A DNA stretch of 64,000 nt, taken from Nitrospirota bacterium (GTDB lineage Bacteria; Nitrospirota; UBA9217). Position numbers and translations under genes: made by a program. The notes beneath the pieces were generated by a model. The model saw only the letters and a list, made by a program, of their open reading frames with translations, searched no databases and was not told the DNA's origin. The DNA lies in NCBI GenBank assembly GCA_963755045.1, contig CAVWIL010000006.1:74664-138663 (forward strand), given 5' to 3'. This document shows positions 10,005-18,744 of the stretch, one piece after another. How positions within the stretch are numbered: position 1 is the first letter of the stretch; every line of letters starts with the position of its first letter.

Positions 10005-10495
10005 GGGATTTTTAGGTAATTGAAGTGAGGTCAGCTGGCAATGTGCAAAGTCTAACATTAAAGACCTGTATAACCATCCCTCTTGTTCAGTTTTAGTACT
10101 TGCGCAGGTGGAGGTAGTAATACAGACGGGGTAGTGGGTCATTTTGAAAACGTTTTCAAAAATGAGAGTAATTATTCCGAATTGGAACGATTAATTTGAT
10201 AATTAAATAATATGTCTAAATGTGATTGTAAGAGAAGGGATAAATATCAAAAAAGGGACGGAATTTTGTTGATTTGATTTACTACCTTTTAAAGAACATT
10301 CCATGCGCATGTCTCGCTGCCTAAGCGCTGATCCCTTTTCATTTTCATTTTTCTCGGCAGAAGTATGACTAAAGTTTACACGGTTAGACCCACCGATTAA
10401 GTCGGCGTTGCACTGAGCTGATTGCAAAGATCGATTCGATTGATCCTCCCCCGTTGTCTCCTTCACCTGCTCTTTCGAAACGATTGACATCCCGT

Positions 10496-11248
10496 TTACT
10501 TTTGCTCCTGCGCGCCGGCAGCATAGAGGAATTCCTGTGTGTTCACGACAGCGGCTTGCCTCGGGAACACCTTGTCCATGAGAACGCGGTGTACTTCCGC
10601 ATCCCCATCAGCGCATGCGTCCGAGATGACCGCAAGTTTGTAGTCCATATCAGCAGCCCAGCGCACCGTGGAAAGAACAACGCCGCTTGTCGAAATGCCG
10701 AGTAATACGATCGTGTTGATATTTTTGGACCGCAGGATCGTTTCAAGGTCGGTGGTTGAGAATGCCCCCACGCGGCGCTTCGTGACGATTATATCGCCCG
10801 GCTGCGGGGCTACCTTTGCGTGAATCTCGGCTCCCGGGGTGCCTTCACGAAGGCGGCCCGAAGCCTTCAAGCCGCTAAAGAGTTTGTTCTGCGGATTGAT
10901 CTCAGGATACCCGTCCCGAAAACGCACAACGACGTAAATAACTGGCATATGGGCCTGCCGCGATGCCTTGAGGATTGTACCGGCCTTTTCCAACAAGGAC
11001 GTCTGCACACTCTCCGAAAGCATGCCCACGATATCATTTTCATAGTCCATGATTAATACCGCTGTTCTGTCTGCGTGTAAGGAAAACGCGGGCTGGATGA
11101 GTACCGTAGCCTTCGCGCCGGGAGCGGCCGGATCCGGCATGGGGCCGCCTTTCTGCATCTCCTGCTTTTCAACGGCAAAAAGAACCGTTCCCGAAATAGC
11201 AAGAAGCATAATCAACAATAAGATTTTTAAGGTTCTGTGCATGTACAT
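10496..11248 (-). CDS. Isochorismatase-family (cysteine) hydrolase with N-terminal signal/anchor
   Basis: ORF 10496-11308. The likely start is MYMHRTLKILLLIMLLAISGTVLFA. The domain reads TAVLIMDYENDIV...VTKRRVGAFSTTDLETILRSKNINTIVLLGISTSGVVLSTVRWAADMDYKLAVISDAC. Confidence 0.75.
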   Translation of the reverse strand: MYMHRTLKILLLIMLLAISGTVLFAVEKQEMQKGGPMPDPAAPGAKATVLIQPAFSLHADRTAVLIMDYENDIVGMLSESVQTSLLEKAGTILKASRQAHMPVIYVVVRFRDGYPEINPQNKLFSGLKASGRLREGTPGAEIHAKVAPQPGDIIVTKRRVGAFSTTDLETILRSKNINTIVLLGISTSGVVLSTVRWAADMDYKLAVISDACADGDAEVHRVLMDKVFPRQAAVVNTQEFLYAAGAQEQK

Positions 11249-11324
11249 TTCCCCTTTTTGTAATAGAAGTTCTTCTCCCTCTTGAGTGGGCTCGTTTCCC
11301 TTCCTCAAGAGAACTTAGTCTTAT

Positions 11325-11840
11325 TTTTTGCATATCCCCTTCTCGGCCTGAGCAAAATTTCTGACCCGTCTAAGGCCACGTCCGCTCGCCCGCGTAAACT
11401 CGGCCTGTGGCCTCAGACATGTACGCGTTCGCCCCTTCGGGGACGCTTCCTTAGGCCAAGACGGGTGCCCAAAAATTTCGCAATGGTCCGATCCGGGGAC
11501 ATGCGGGGTTGGGGGTAAGGCCAAGACTTTGTTGCTTTACCCCCATTCGAAAATTTAGGTGTGCGACCGAGTCCGAGGGTTAAGCATTTCGGACTGTCTG
11601 AGCCCGCAGGGCGAGTTTCCGAAATGTACTGAGGACGACCGAGCACGCCGTGAAGAATTTTCGTCGGGTGCCCTTCTTTGGTCACATTTCTTGGGCACGC
11701 AAGAAAGGTGACAGAAAAGAGCGAGGGTGGAGTGCTGCGTTGCTCGAAAAGGCTTGTTATCAGTAACGGCAATCATACCGGAGCCTGCCCTCGAATGAAT
11801 TCATCGGGGGCGGACTGTGAACCGGGGTGCAGAAAAAAAA
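11325..11840 (+). repeat. Mosaic foldback repeat, copy A (5'-truncated relative to copy B)
   Basis: Positions 11325-11515 align to 13376-13570 at about 88-90% identity by eye. Positions 11715-11840 align to 13725-13860. The central ~200 nt differs. The copy ends in ...CTGTGAACYGGGGTGCAGAAAAAAAA. Confidence 0.8.
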
Positions 11841-11965
11841 CATCGTGTGCTCCTTGCAAGAAGTCGTATTTACTTTTGATCCTTCATATTGCACCGACAA
11901 TTTTCTCGTACTCGGCAATTATCTCATTATTCTGGTTCTTTATGATGGCAGAAAAAATAAAGAAT

Positions 11966-12341
11966 TTAGCCCGTCCTCCCGGTGAGTTTAACTTCTGCAA
12001 TCATTCTGTCGCCCGGGTTTGCACTGTGTTTATACCGCACGATCTTCTGCACAACATGAGGGTCTGTTGATAAATCTGTCACCGTAGTCGGAATGAGCGC
12101 GGCGGCTACAAGGCAGACAAATTCATCCTGGGCGTAGCCGGGATAGGTGGGTGCCCCGGGGAAATGGCCTTCAAGGTCCAGGTCGTCATTGCGAATTTCT
12201 TTTATTCCCATCATGATATCGGGAACACTGAGCACTATAAAAAACACCATCGATCTTTCTGAGTGCCGCGCCTCTATGCGGTAAAATTGTTTCGAGACCC
12301 TTCCTGTTGTAACATACGAAGGGCATTCCGTTGGGTGCCAT
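11966..12341 (-). CDS. FabZ/FabA-like hotdog-fold dehydratase, frameshifted in a T6 run
   Basis: ATG 12341 follows AAGGAGG and reads MAPNGMPFVCYNRKGLETILPHRGAALRKIDGV. After the T-run near 12240-12245 the sequence continues in ORF 11966-12250: IVLSVPDIMMGIKEIRNDDLDLEGHFPGAPTYPG... (LPHR and HFPG motifs). Confidence 0.6.
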
Positions 12342-12447
12342 TACACGAATCCTCCTTACTTCGATTTAAATGTTATCCTCCGATATAACTCCACGATGCG
12401 CACTTTACTTTACAGGAAGGACTCCCGGGTGTCAACCTTTGCTGCAC

Positions 12448-13032
12448 TCATGTTCCTCTCTTTGGCACATACGGTCTGGAGTAATGGTTGTGTTTAACCT
12501 TGTTATAATCCAGTTCGCTCTCTGCAATCGGGTTCTTTATTTCGTCCGGATAGCCAATGCTCACCATACATTCAACCTTGATGTGTTGGGGCAGTCCCAG
12601 CAGACTTTGAATATATTGCTCCGACGACATCCTCTCTGTATGATTCCGATTCCTGATTTGTATCCAGCAGCTGCCGAGACCCAAATCAAGAGCAGTCATC
12701 TGAACAAGTATTGCTGCAATGGAACAGTCCTCAACCCATACATCGGATTTTGCACTGTCGGCACACACGACGATCCCCAATGCCGCATCCCGCAAATGCT
12801 GAGATCCCTGCTCTCTTGCTTTCGAAAGTTTAGACAGGAGCTCCCGATCGTCAGCAATAATAAATTCCCATGATTTGCCGTTTCGTGAGGTCGGTGAACG
12901 GAGCAATGCCTCTATAAGCACATCAACCGTTTTGCCGGCAATTGGCTTCTGGGCATATTTACGAATACTTCTGCGTGTTCGCAAGAGATCGATCATACCA
13001 TGTCCTTCCTGTAACGTTGCCGGATGCGCCAT
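12448..13032 (-). CDS. Nitroreductase-family (FMN) oxidoreductase
   Basis: This is an intact ORF. LLRTRRSIRKY is the hallmark N-terminus, followed by ...SWEFIIADD...GLGSCWI. The start may be the internal MIDLL at 12996. Confidence 0.8.
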   Translation of the reverse strand: MAHPATLQEGHGMIDLLRTRRSIRKYAQKPIAGKTVDVLIEALLRSPTSRNGKSWEFIIADDRELLSKLSKAREQGSQHLRDAALGIVVCADSAKSDVWVEDCSIAAILVQMTALDLGLGSCWIQIRNRNHTERMSSEQYIQSLLGLPQHIKVECMVSIGYPDEIKNPIAESELDYNKVKHNHYSRPYVPKRGT

Positions 13033-13294
13033 GCCGGCTATCCTTCTTCCCGGCCGTCACGAGGACGTTCAGGGATCCACTTTGTTGTCATTCTCCGGAC
13101 TATTCCCCTGTTAACGTGCTGGAAGCTGGTGGACAGGCAGGTCTTCATAATTAAGGATATATCAATCACGAAAGAGTGTCAAGAAAGGGGCATCGAACTG
13201 CTGTAGACGAAGGGAATCGGCGCAGAGAGCCGTGGTATGTTATTCATACTGAAACGTAGTACAAAGGATTATGCGGAACTGCATTTAGACATTC

Positions 13295-13860
13295 GTCCCA
13301 CGTGTGCATTGTTTTTTTGGGCAGCTCATCACTCGGCCATCCCCGATAAAGGCATTCGAGGACAGGCTCCGCATGCTCTTTTTTGCACATCCCCTTCGCG
13401 TCCTGAACGACATTTTTGACCCGTCTAAGGCCACGTCCGCTCGCCCGCGTAAACTCGGCCTACGGCCTCAGACAGTACGCGTTCGCCCTGTGGGACGCTT
13501 CCTTAGGCCAAGACGGGTGCCCAAAAATATCGTAAGGGCCGCTCCGGGGACGTGCGGGGTTGGGGTAAATCTTAATTCTGCCATTCCCGGCGCAGGGGAA
13601 CGGCAGAACTCTTTGCCTTTCAGAAGCCCCTGCATCCCATGAGCAGGTTCGCGCACAAGCATGGTAAGGTTGAAAAGACCGATGCTGCCACAATGCCAGG
13701 CAGACGCGGCCGAGCCCGTTCTCAAGGCGAGGGTGGAGTGCTGCGCTGCTCGAAAAAGCATGTTATCAGTACCGGCAATCATGCCGGAGCCTGCCCTCGA
13801 ATGAATTCATCGGGGGCGGAGCTGTGAACTGGGGTGCAGAAAAAAAATAGGATCGTGATA
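13295..13860 (+). repeat. Mosaic foldback repeat, copy B (most complete copy)
   Basis: This copy shares modules with copy A (left and right modules) and with copy C in inverse orientation (46-nt identical end GTCCCACGTGTGCATTGTTTTTTTGGGCAGCTCATCACTCGGCCA, plus middle and right modules). Internal inverted repeats lie at 13341-13375 and 13780-13815. Confidence 0.85.
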
Positions 13861-13881
13861 TGTGCTGAGTTAAAACTGCGC

Positions 13882-13911
13882 TTGACTTCGGACATACTAT
13901 ATCAGTATACT
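13882..13911 (+). promoter_or_regulatory. Putative promoter of the PilZ gene
   Basis: TTGACT (13882-13887) is followed by 18 nt and TATACT (13906-13911). This would give a ~190-nt leader. Confidence 0.3.
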
Positions 13912-14104
13912 CAATCGAACAAATAAAGTATTAGCTGCTCCGATAATCGCTAACTTCTTCCTGAAGCGCGCACTTGGGGGATCCTTAGAAGTGCTGGCGA
14001 TTGCATTCTAATGATACTTATTGTTTACGATGTCCTCCCCGCTGAATCTTCTCTTCTGGATTTGATCCAATTATGAAGCTCTGGGAAACGGGAGTTAAGA
14101 GATA

Positions 14105-14815
14105 ATGCAGGAAAAGAGACGACATAAAAGATACAATTTGGATTTAATAGAAATTAACGGCAAGATGAGCTTAACCGACAAAGTCGAAGTCCTTGATATC
14201 AGTCTCGGCGGAGTTGCCCTGAAAGCAGACCGGAGACTTAATATCGGCAAAGAGTATATGATCAAGCTGAAGGAAAAAGGGAAAACGCTCGACGTGAAGG
14301 GCATTGTAGTTCGATCAGAGTTAAGCGGAATAGAAGAAAGAGGCCACGGGGAAACGGCCTCAATATACACGGCAGGGTTGGTATTTAAAGATGGCTTTGC
14401 GGATAAGATAGCTGATTTTCTCAGACCGATCGAGCAAAATAGAAAGAAGAATTCGTCGGCTGTGGTTGATCGGCGGTTCAATGTCAGGTTTACTATCACC
14501 ACTCCCGGCAAGCATATTTTGAGCTATCCTTTAGAGTTTAAGCTGAGATCGATCAGCCTGGGCGGCATGCTCATCCAAACCCAGCAGTCCGTCGAAATCA
14601 ATAGCACTATCCCCATGGAATTGTCTCTGACTTCCGACAAAGCTGTTACCTTTGTCGGAAGAACTATTGCATGCAATATGACGGAAATTGCCGGTCAAGC
14701 AAACTATGATATCAGAGTTGAGTTTACCGATTTGACGGATAAGGACAAGACCCTCCTCCAGACATTCATAGATTACCTGGATGAACTGGAAGCCAGAGAC
14801 GCGGGGAAAAAATAG
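14105..14815 (+). CDS. Tandem PilZ-domain protein (putative c-di-GMP receptor)
   Basis: There are two PilZ signatures: RRHKR...DISLGGVALK and DRRFNVR...SISLGGMLIQ (the RxxxR and D/NxSxxG motifs). The ORF is intact at 236 aa. Confidence 0.8.
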   Translation: MQEKRRHKRYNLDLIEINGKMSLTDKVEVLDISLGGVALKADRRLNIGKEYMIKLKEKGKTLDVKGIVVRSELSGIEERGHGETASIYTAGLVFKDGFADKIADFLRPIEQNRKKNSSAVVDRRFNVRFTITTPGKHILSYPLEFKLRSISLGGMLIQTQQSVEINSTIPMELSLTSDKAVTFVGRTIACNMTEIAGQANYDIRVEFTDLTDKDKTLLQTFIDYLDELEARDAGKK

Positions 14816-14924
14816 GCTGCCCGGACATCGTAATCACCGTTGAACCTGACTTTCTTCTTTAGCACCGCTTCTGTTTTATGTTCTCTTTCCGCATCCACAT
14901 TACAAATCCTCATGCATCGCATGT

Positions 14925-15470
14925 TTAACTGACTACCGTTGTTTCGATCTGCGACCTGAAAAATCCAAAGGCTTCCTTGTCAAAGATGCAGAATTCGACG
15001 AGTTCGAGCGCTGCGCCGGAATTGCCTTTCAAGAACGCCACGGTTTCACCCACCAGTATCTTCGCGCACCGGTCCTTGGGAAAACCGAAGATTCCCGCGC
15101 TGATTGCGGGAATTGAGATGCTCCTGAGCTTTTCTTCAGTTGCAAGGGCAAGCACGCTGTTGATCGCCTGCTTTAATTTATTGTCCTCGTCCCCCTCACC
15201 CATCCTCGGCCCAACCGCGTGAATGACGTACCGCGCTTTCAATTTTCCGCCCGTAGTGATCGCAGCACCGCCGACCGGCACATAGCCGATCTTGTCGCTC
15301 TCGTCCTGTATGACCTGTCCGCCTTTTCTCACGATCGCTCCCGCGACCCCTCCGCCGTGCTGCAGCCGGCTATTTGCCGCGTTCACGATCGCGTCGACCT
15401 CACGTTCGGTGAGGTCTGCTGACACAAGACGGATGATAGTCTTGTTGATCTTTATTTCAAACGTATCCAT
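14925..15470 (-). CDS. Macro domain protein (ADP-ribose / O-acetyl-ADP-ribose hydrolase type)
   Basis: It reads MDTFEIKINKTIIRLVSADLTEREVDAIVNAANSRLQHGGGVAGAI...YVIHAVGP...SISIPAISAGIFGFP. These are the canonical macro-domain motifs. ORF 14925-15551 extends further upstream. Confidence 0.85.
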   Translation of the reverse strand: MDTFEIKINKTIIRLVSADLTEREVDAIVNAANSRLQHGGGVAGAIVRKGGQVIQDESDKIGYVPVGGAAITTGGKLKARYVIHAVGPRMGEGDEDNKLKQAINSVLALATEEKLRSISIPAISAGIFGFPKDRCAKILVGETVAFLKGNSGAALELVEFCIFDKEAFGFFRSQIETTVVS

Positions 15471-15736
15471 AAAACACCTCCTCAACCGGACAAGCGGAAC
15501 CGAAAGGTCAAAAACCGAAAGGCATCTCTCGCAAAGACGCAAAGATCGCAAAGAAAGGCTAAATTAGTCGTTATTTAAACCAAGAGTTCAAGATTTTCTT
15601 GACGTCCTTTGCGGAATCTCTAAGTGGCCGCCTTTCTTTCATAGGCTATTGCGAGGAATATTTTTACCGTTTTGAGTGATATTTGATTCCTTAGTTACTC
15701 TCATCAAGGAAGAGGAACCTAGTATTGGAACAGTAC

Positions 15737-16993
15737 CTATCCCCTGATCTTTTTTCTCTCTTCATCCTCAAATATCTTGACCTTGCCGAACTCGCCATCA
15801 TACCCCGGTGCGATATGGACGTTCCCTGCCCGCATGCGCGCAACGGCCTCGCGGATGAGACGCGAACTCGCGCGCTCGATATCGTCGAGCGGCGTGTCAA
15901 GGAGTATCTTGAACTCGTTGCCGAGCCGTTCGAGCATAGGCAGATACAGAGCATTTACTTTTTTAGTATTCACTCCGCATTCCAAACCCTCGGCAATGAT
16001 CTCCGGCAGGGGGATGATGGAAGCAAAAGAAGGCGCTCCCGTAAGCTTGAAACCTTCTGCCCGGTCGGCAAGTTTCTCAACCCGGTGCATCACGCCCACG
16101 GTCACCTTCCTGCCGCATGTGGGGCAGAGGTAGTTATTGCGTATCGTTTCCTTCGGCGTCAGGCTTACCCCGCAATTCCGGTGTCCGTCGTAGTGATACT
16201 TCCCTTGCTCAGGAAAGAACTCAATGGTCCCGAGAAATCCTTCTCGCGTTTTAATGGCCTTCATCATTGCTGCGTACGTGATGTCCGTATCAAGGATGTT
16301 CGCCTCGCGACCGATCTTTGACGCGGAGTGGGCATCCGAGTTCGAGACAAGAGTGACCCTATCAAGAGCGGAAATCCGCCAGTTCATGAGCGGGTCTGAT
16401 GACAGCCCGTCTCGACAGCATGGATATGCGGCGTAAGCTCCTCATAGCATTCTTCCAGCGAATCGAAGCCCGAGGCAGCGCCGAGTACGGAGAAGTGCGG
16501 CGTCCAAACATGCGCCGGGATGAGCATGGCATCAGGAGCGGCATCGAGGGTGATCTGGAGCAGTTTCTTGGCATCGAGGCCGAGAATCGGCCTGCCGTCG
16601 GACTTGAGGTTGCCGATCTTTGACAAGGCAAGGTTCAATCGCTCGGCAGCCGCGACATCAGGCGCCAGGATGACGGAATGAACCTTCCGCGTCTTTCCGT
16701 TCTTGCTGTAGATACTGCTGATCTCGGCGGAGAGGATGAACGAGACATTCGGCCTTGCACGACCCGGGAACGTCGTCGGTCGTGTACTTTTTCTTAAGCG
16801 TGAACAAGCCATTGCCGGCTGGGGCGAGTTTCTTCTTCAGCTCTTTGATCCATTGGGGATGGGTAAAGTCTCCGGTCCCGATAACGCTGATTCCCTTGAG
16901 CTGTGCCCATTTCCAGATGCCTTCCGGGCACATGTCCGGGCTCGTTGCGCGTGAGTAGTGGGAATGAACGTGGAGGTCGGCGATGAATCGCAT
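15737..16993 (-). CDS. Endonuclease Q-like PHP-domain protein with zinc ribbon, with at least 2 frameshifts
   Basis: Three consecutive ORF pieces make up the gene. They are MRFIADLHVHSHYSRATSPDM...GTGDFTHPQW (16658-17038), ...LIPAHVWTPHFSVLGAASGFDSLEECY (16384-16812), and ...LVSNSDAHSASKIGREANIL...YLCPTCGRKVTVGVMHRVEKL...APGYDGEFGKVKIF (15737-16387). Confidence 0.6.
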
Positions 16994-17240
16994 GGCGGGA
17001 TTATAGCATGAAAATATTTTTTTACCACGGATTTGCACGGATGGGCACGGATGAAAAACTCTCGCCTCTCTGGCAAAGAGGCTTAATATTCCTCTTGTTG
17101 ATCACACTGATTTTTTTTACAAAAAGTCCGATTACTGATATACTTCTTCGAATCGCTTAATAACATGCTTATCTTCGCATGAGACATGAAGACGAATTCC
17201 TTCAGAACCCTCTTCTTGATCAGCTTCTTGGAGTGACAAC

Positions 17241-17474
17241 ATGACTGACCAAAAACCCAAAGACCCTCTCCACGGCATCACGCTTGAAATGATCCTTACC
17301 CAACTGGTGGAACAGTATGGCTGGGATAAAATGGGGAAGGCCGTCAAGATCAAATGCTTTACCAACGATCCGAGCATCAAATCCAGCCTGCAATTTCTGA
17401 GGAGAACTCCCTGGGCGAGAAGCAAGGTTGAAGCTCTGTATCTGAGATGCAAACGAGAGAGCGCGAAGAAATAG
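17241..17474 (+). CDS. DUF2132 (VF530-like) small protein
   Basis: This is a 77-aa [64 protein letters not shown] is the conserved DUF2132 core. Confidence 0.7.
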   Translation: MTDQKPKDPLHGITLEMILTQLVEQYGWDKMGKAVKIKCFTNDPSIKSSLQFLRRTPWARSKVEALYLRCKRESAKK

Positions 17475-17561
17475 AAGAGTAAAGAGGAGGGATTAAAAGC
17501 ATAAACTCGCAGCTAAGACCTGAAGATACTTCCCACCCTTCTCTCCGCCCCGACCAATCCC

Positions 17562-18074
17562 TCAAGATATTGATCCGTTGCGTGACTCAAACCATCTGCG
17601 GTCCGCCAGCACAACAGAGGTCTCCGTCTGCCGCTCGGGAATGGACCAGTATTTCCCGAGCAGGCGTTCCTTCTCTTCCCACGTGACCAGACGAAAGCCG
17701 TTCTTCTCGTAGAACCTTATGGCCCAGACCGCGGCTGCCCAGGTGCCAACGAGAGTGGGGTGGATCGCGAGCTTCTTGAGATGGGCGATCAGCTTTCCAC
17801 CGATCCCCTGACCCCGAAAAGCCGTGGCGACATAGGCGTGGCGGATGAGCGTCACGTCGTGCACGTCCTGAATGCCCATGATGCCGACGATCTCCCCTGC
17901 TGCCTCGTATCCCCAGAATATCACGCCCGCTTCCAGCTCATGCCGGAGATACTCGCGTGACATATAGGGCTCGTTCCAGCAATCCGCCGGGATAACGCCC
18001 TTGTATGCCCGGGCGGAATCGTTGATGATGGTGTAGAGCGTCTCGAAATCTTTTTCATCACATTCTCGAATCAT
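17562..18074 (-). CDS. GNAT-family N-acetyltransferase
   Basis: It reads MIRECDEKDFETLYTIINDSA...IRHAYVATAFRGQGIGGKLIAHL...FYEKNGF. The Q/RxxGxG motif is the acetyl-CoA binding motif. Confidence 0.8.
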   Translation of the reverse strand: MIRECDEKDFETLYTIINDSARAYKGVIPADCWNEPYMSREYLRHELEAGVIFWGYEAAGEIVGIMGIQDVHDVTLIRHAYVATAFRGQGIGGKLIAHLKKLAIHPTLVGTWAAAVWAIRFYEKNGFRLVTWEEKERLLGKYWSIPERQTETSVVLADRRWFESRNGSIS

Positions 18075-18090
18075 GACATCTTCAGCACTC

Positions 18091-18651
18091 TCAGGCGCCC
18101 CATTGCTCGTTGAAGCAGATCTCGTCAAGAGGTTTCCTCTTCGGACCGTCCTTCTTCTCTTCGGTCGGATATCCCAGCGGTAGAAGTCCGACGATCCTGA
18201 TCGAAGCTGGAATGTTCAAAAGTTTTTTTAACTTCTCTTCATCATAGACGCCCACGAAGACAGTGCCGAGACCCTGGCCCCGCGCCGCAAGCATCAGGTT
18301 CTGGGCGGCGATACCGACATCCACGAGGTAATAGTTCTGGTCCCAAAGCACGCCCGACTGGGCCGGATCAGCGCAGAACACGATCACGACCGGCGCCTCG
18401 CAAAGGGCCTTTTTCGAGGGGTTGGACTTGTAGCCCTTGGGTGCGAAGTAGGAATCCACATAAGAGAGGTCGCTGATCTTCTCCCGCGTTGATCTGTCCT
18501 TTACCACAACCATGCGCCAGCATTGCATGTTCGCCCACGACGGCGCCATGCGCACGGCATCCAGTACTGCATGGAGCTTCTCGTCTTCAACGGGCTTGTC
18601 CCGATAGGTTCGGACGCTCCTGCGCGTCCTTATGGCTTCGGATAGTTTCAT
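18091..18651 (-). CDS. Nitroreductase-family oxidoreductase (second paralogue)
   Basis: It reads [50 protein letters not shown]...[16 protein letters not shown] 18651 was chosen over the upstream in-frame start at 18687. Confidence 0.8.
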   Translation of the reverse strand: MKLSEAIRTRRSVRTYRDKPVEDEKLHAVLDAVRMAPSWANMQCWRMVVVKDRSTREKISDLSYVDSYFAPKGYKSNPSKKALCEAPVVIVFCADPAQSGVLWDQNYYLVDVGIAAQNLMLAARGQGLGTVFVGVYDEEKLKKLLNIPASIRIVGLLPLGYPTEEKKDGPKRKPLDEICFNEQWGA

Positions 18652-18744
18652 GTCCTGACCTCCTTCTGAACAATGACATATTGACAAATGTGGGTCTTCC
18701 GGGTTTTGTGTGGGTCGCTTTCTCTGTTCCTCACTCAGCGCATT

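Noticed and set aside
10203-10490. A 95-aa minus-strand ORF lies downstream of the isochorismatase-like gene.
   Set aside because: It is low-complexity and AT-rich, with no RBS and no recognisable family. I treat it as non-coding pending homology or expression evidence.
11325-13860. Repeats A and B could be a diversity-generating retroelement template/variable pair.
   Set aside because: The differences are not adenine-specific. Neither copy lies inside a coding region, and no reverse transcriptase is present in the window.
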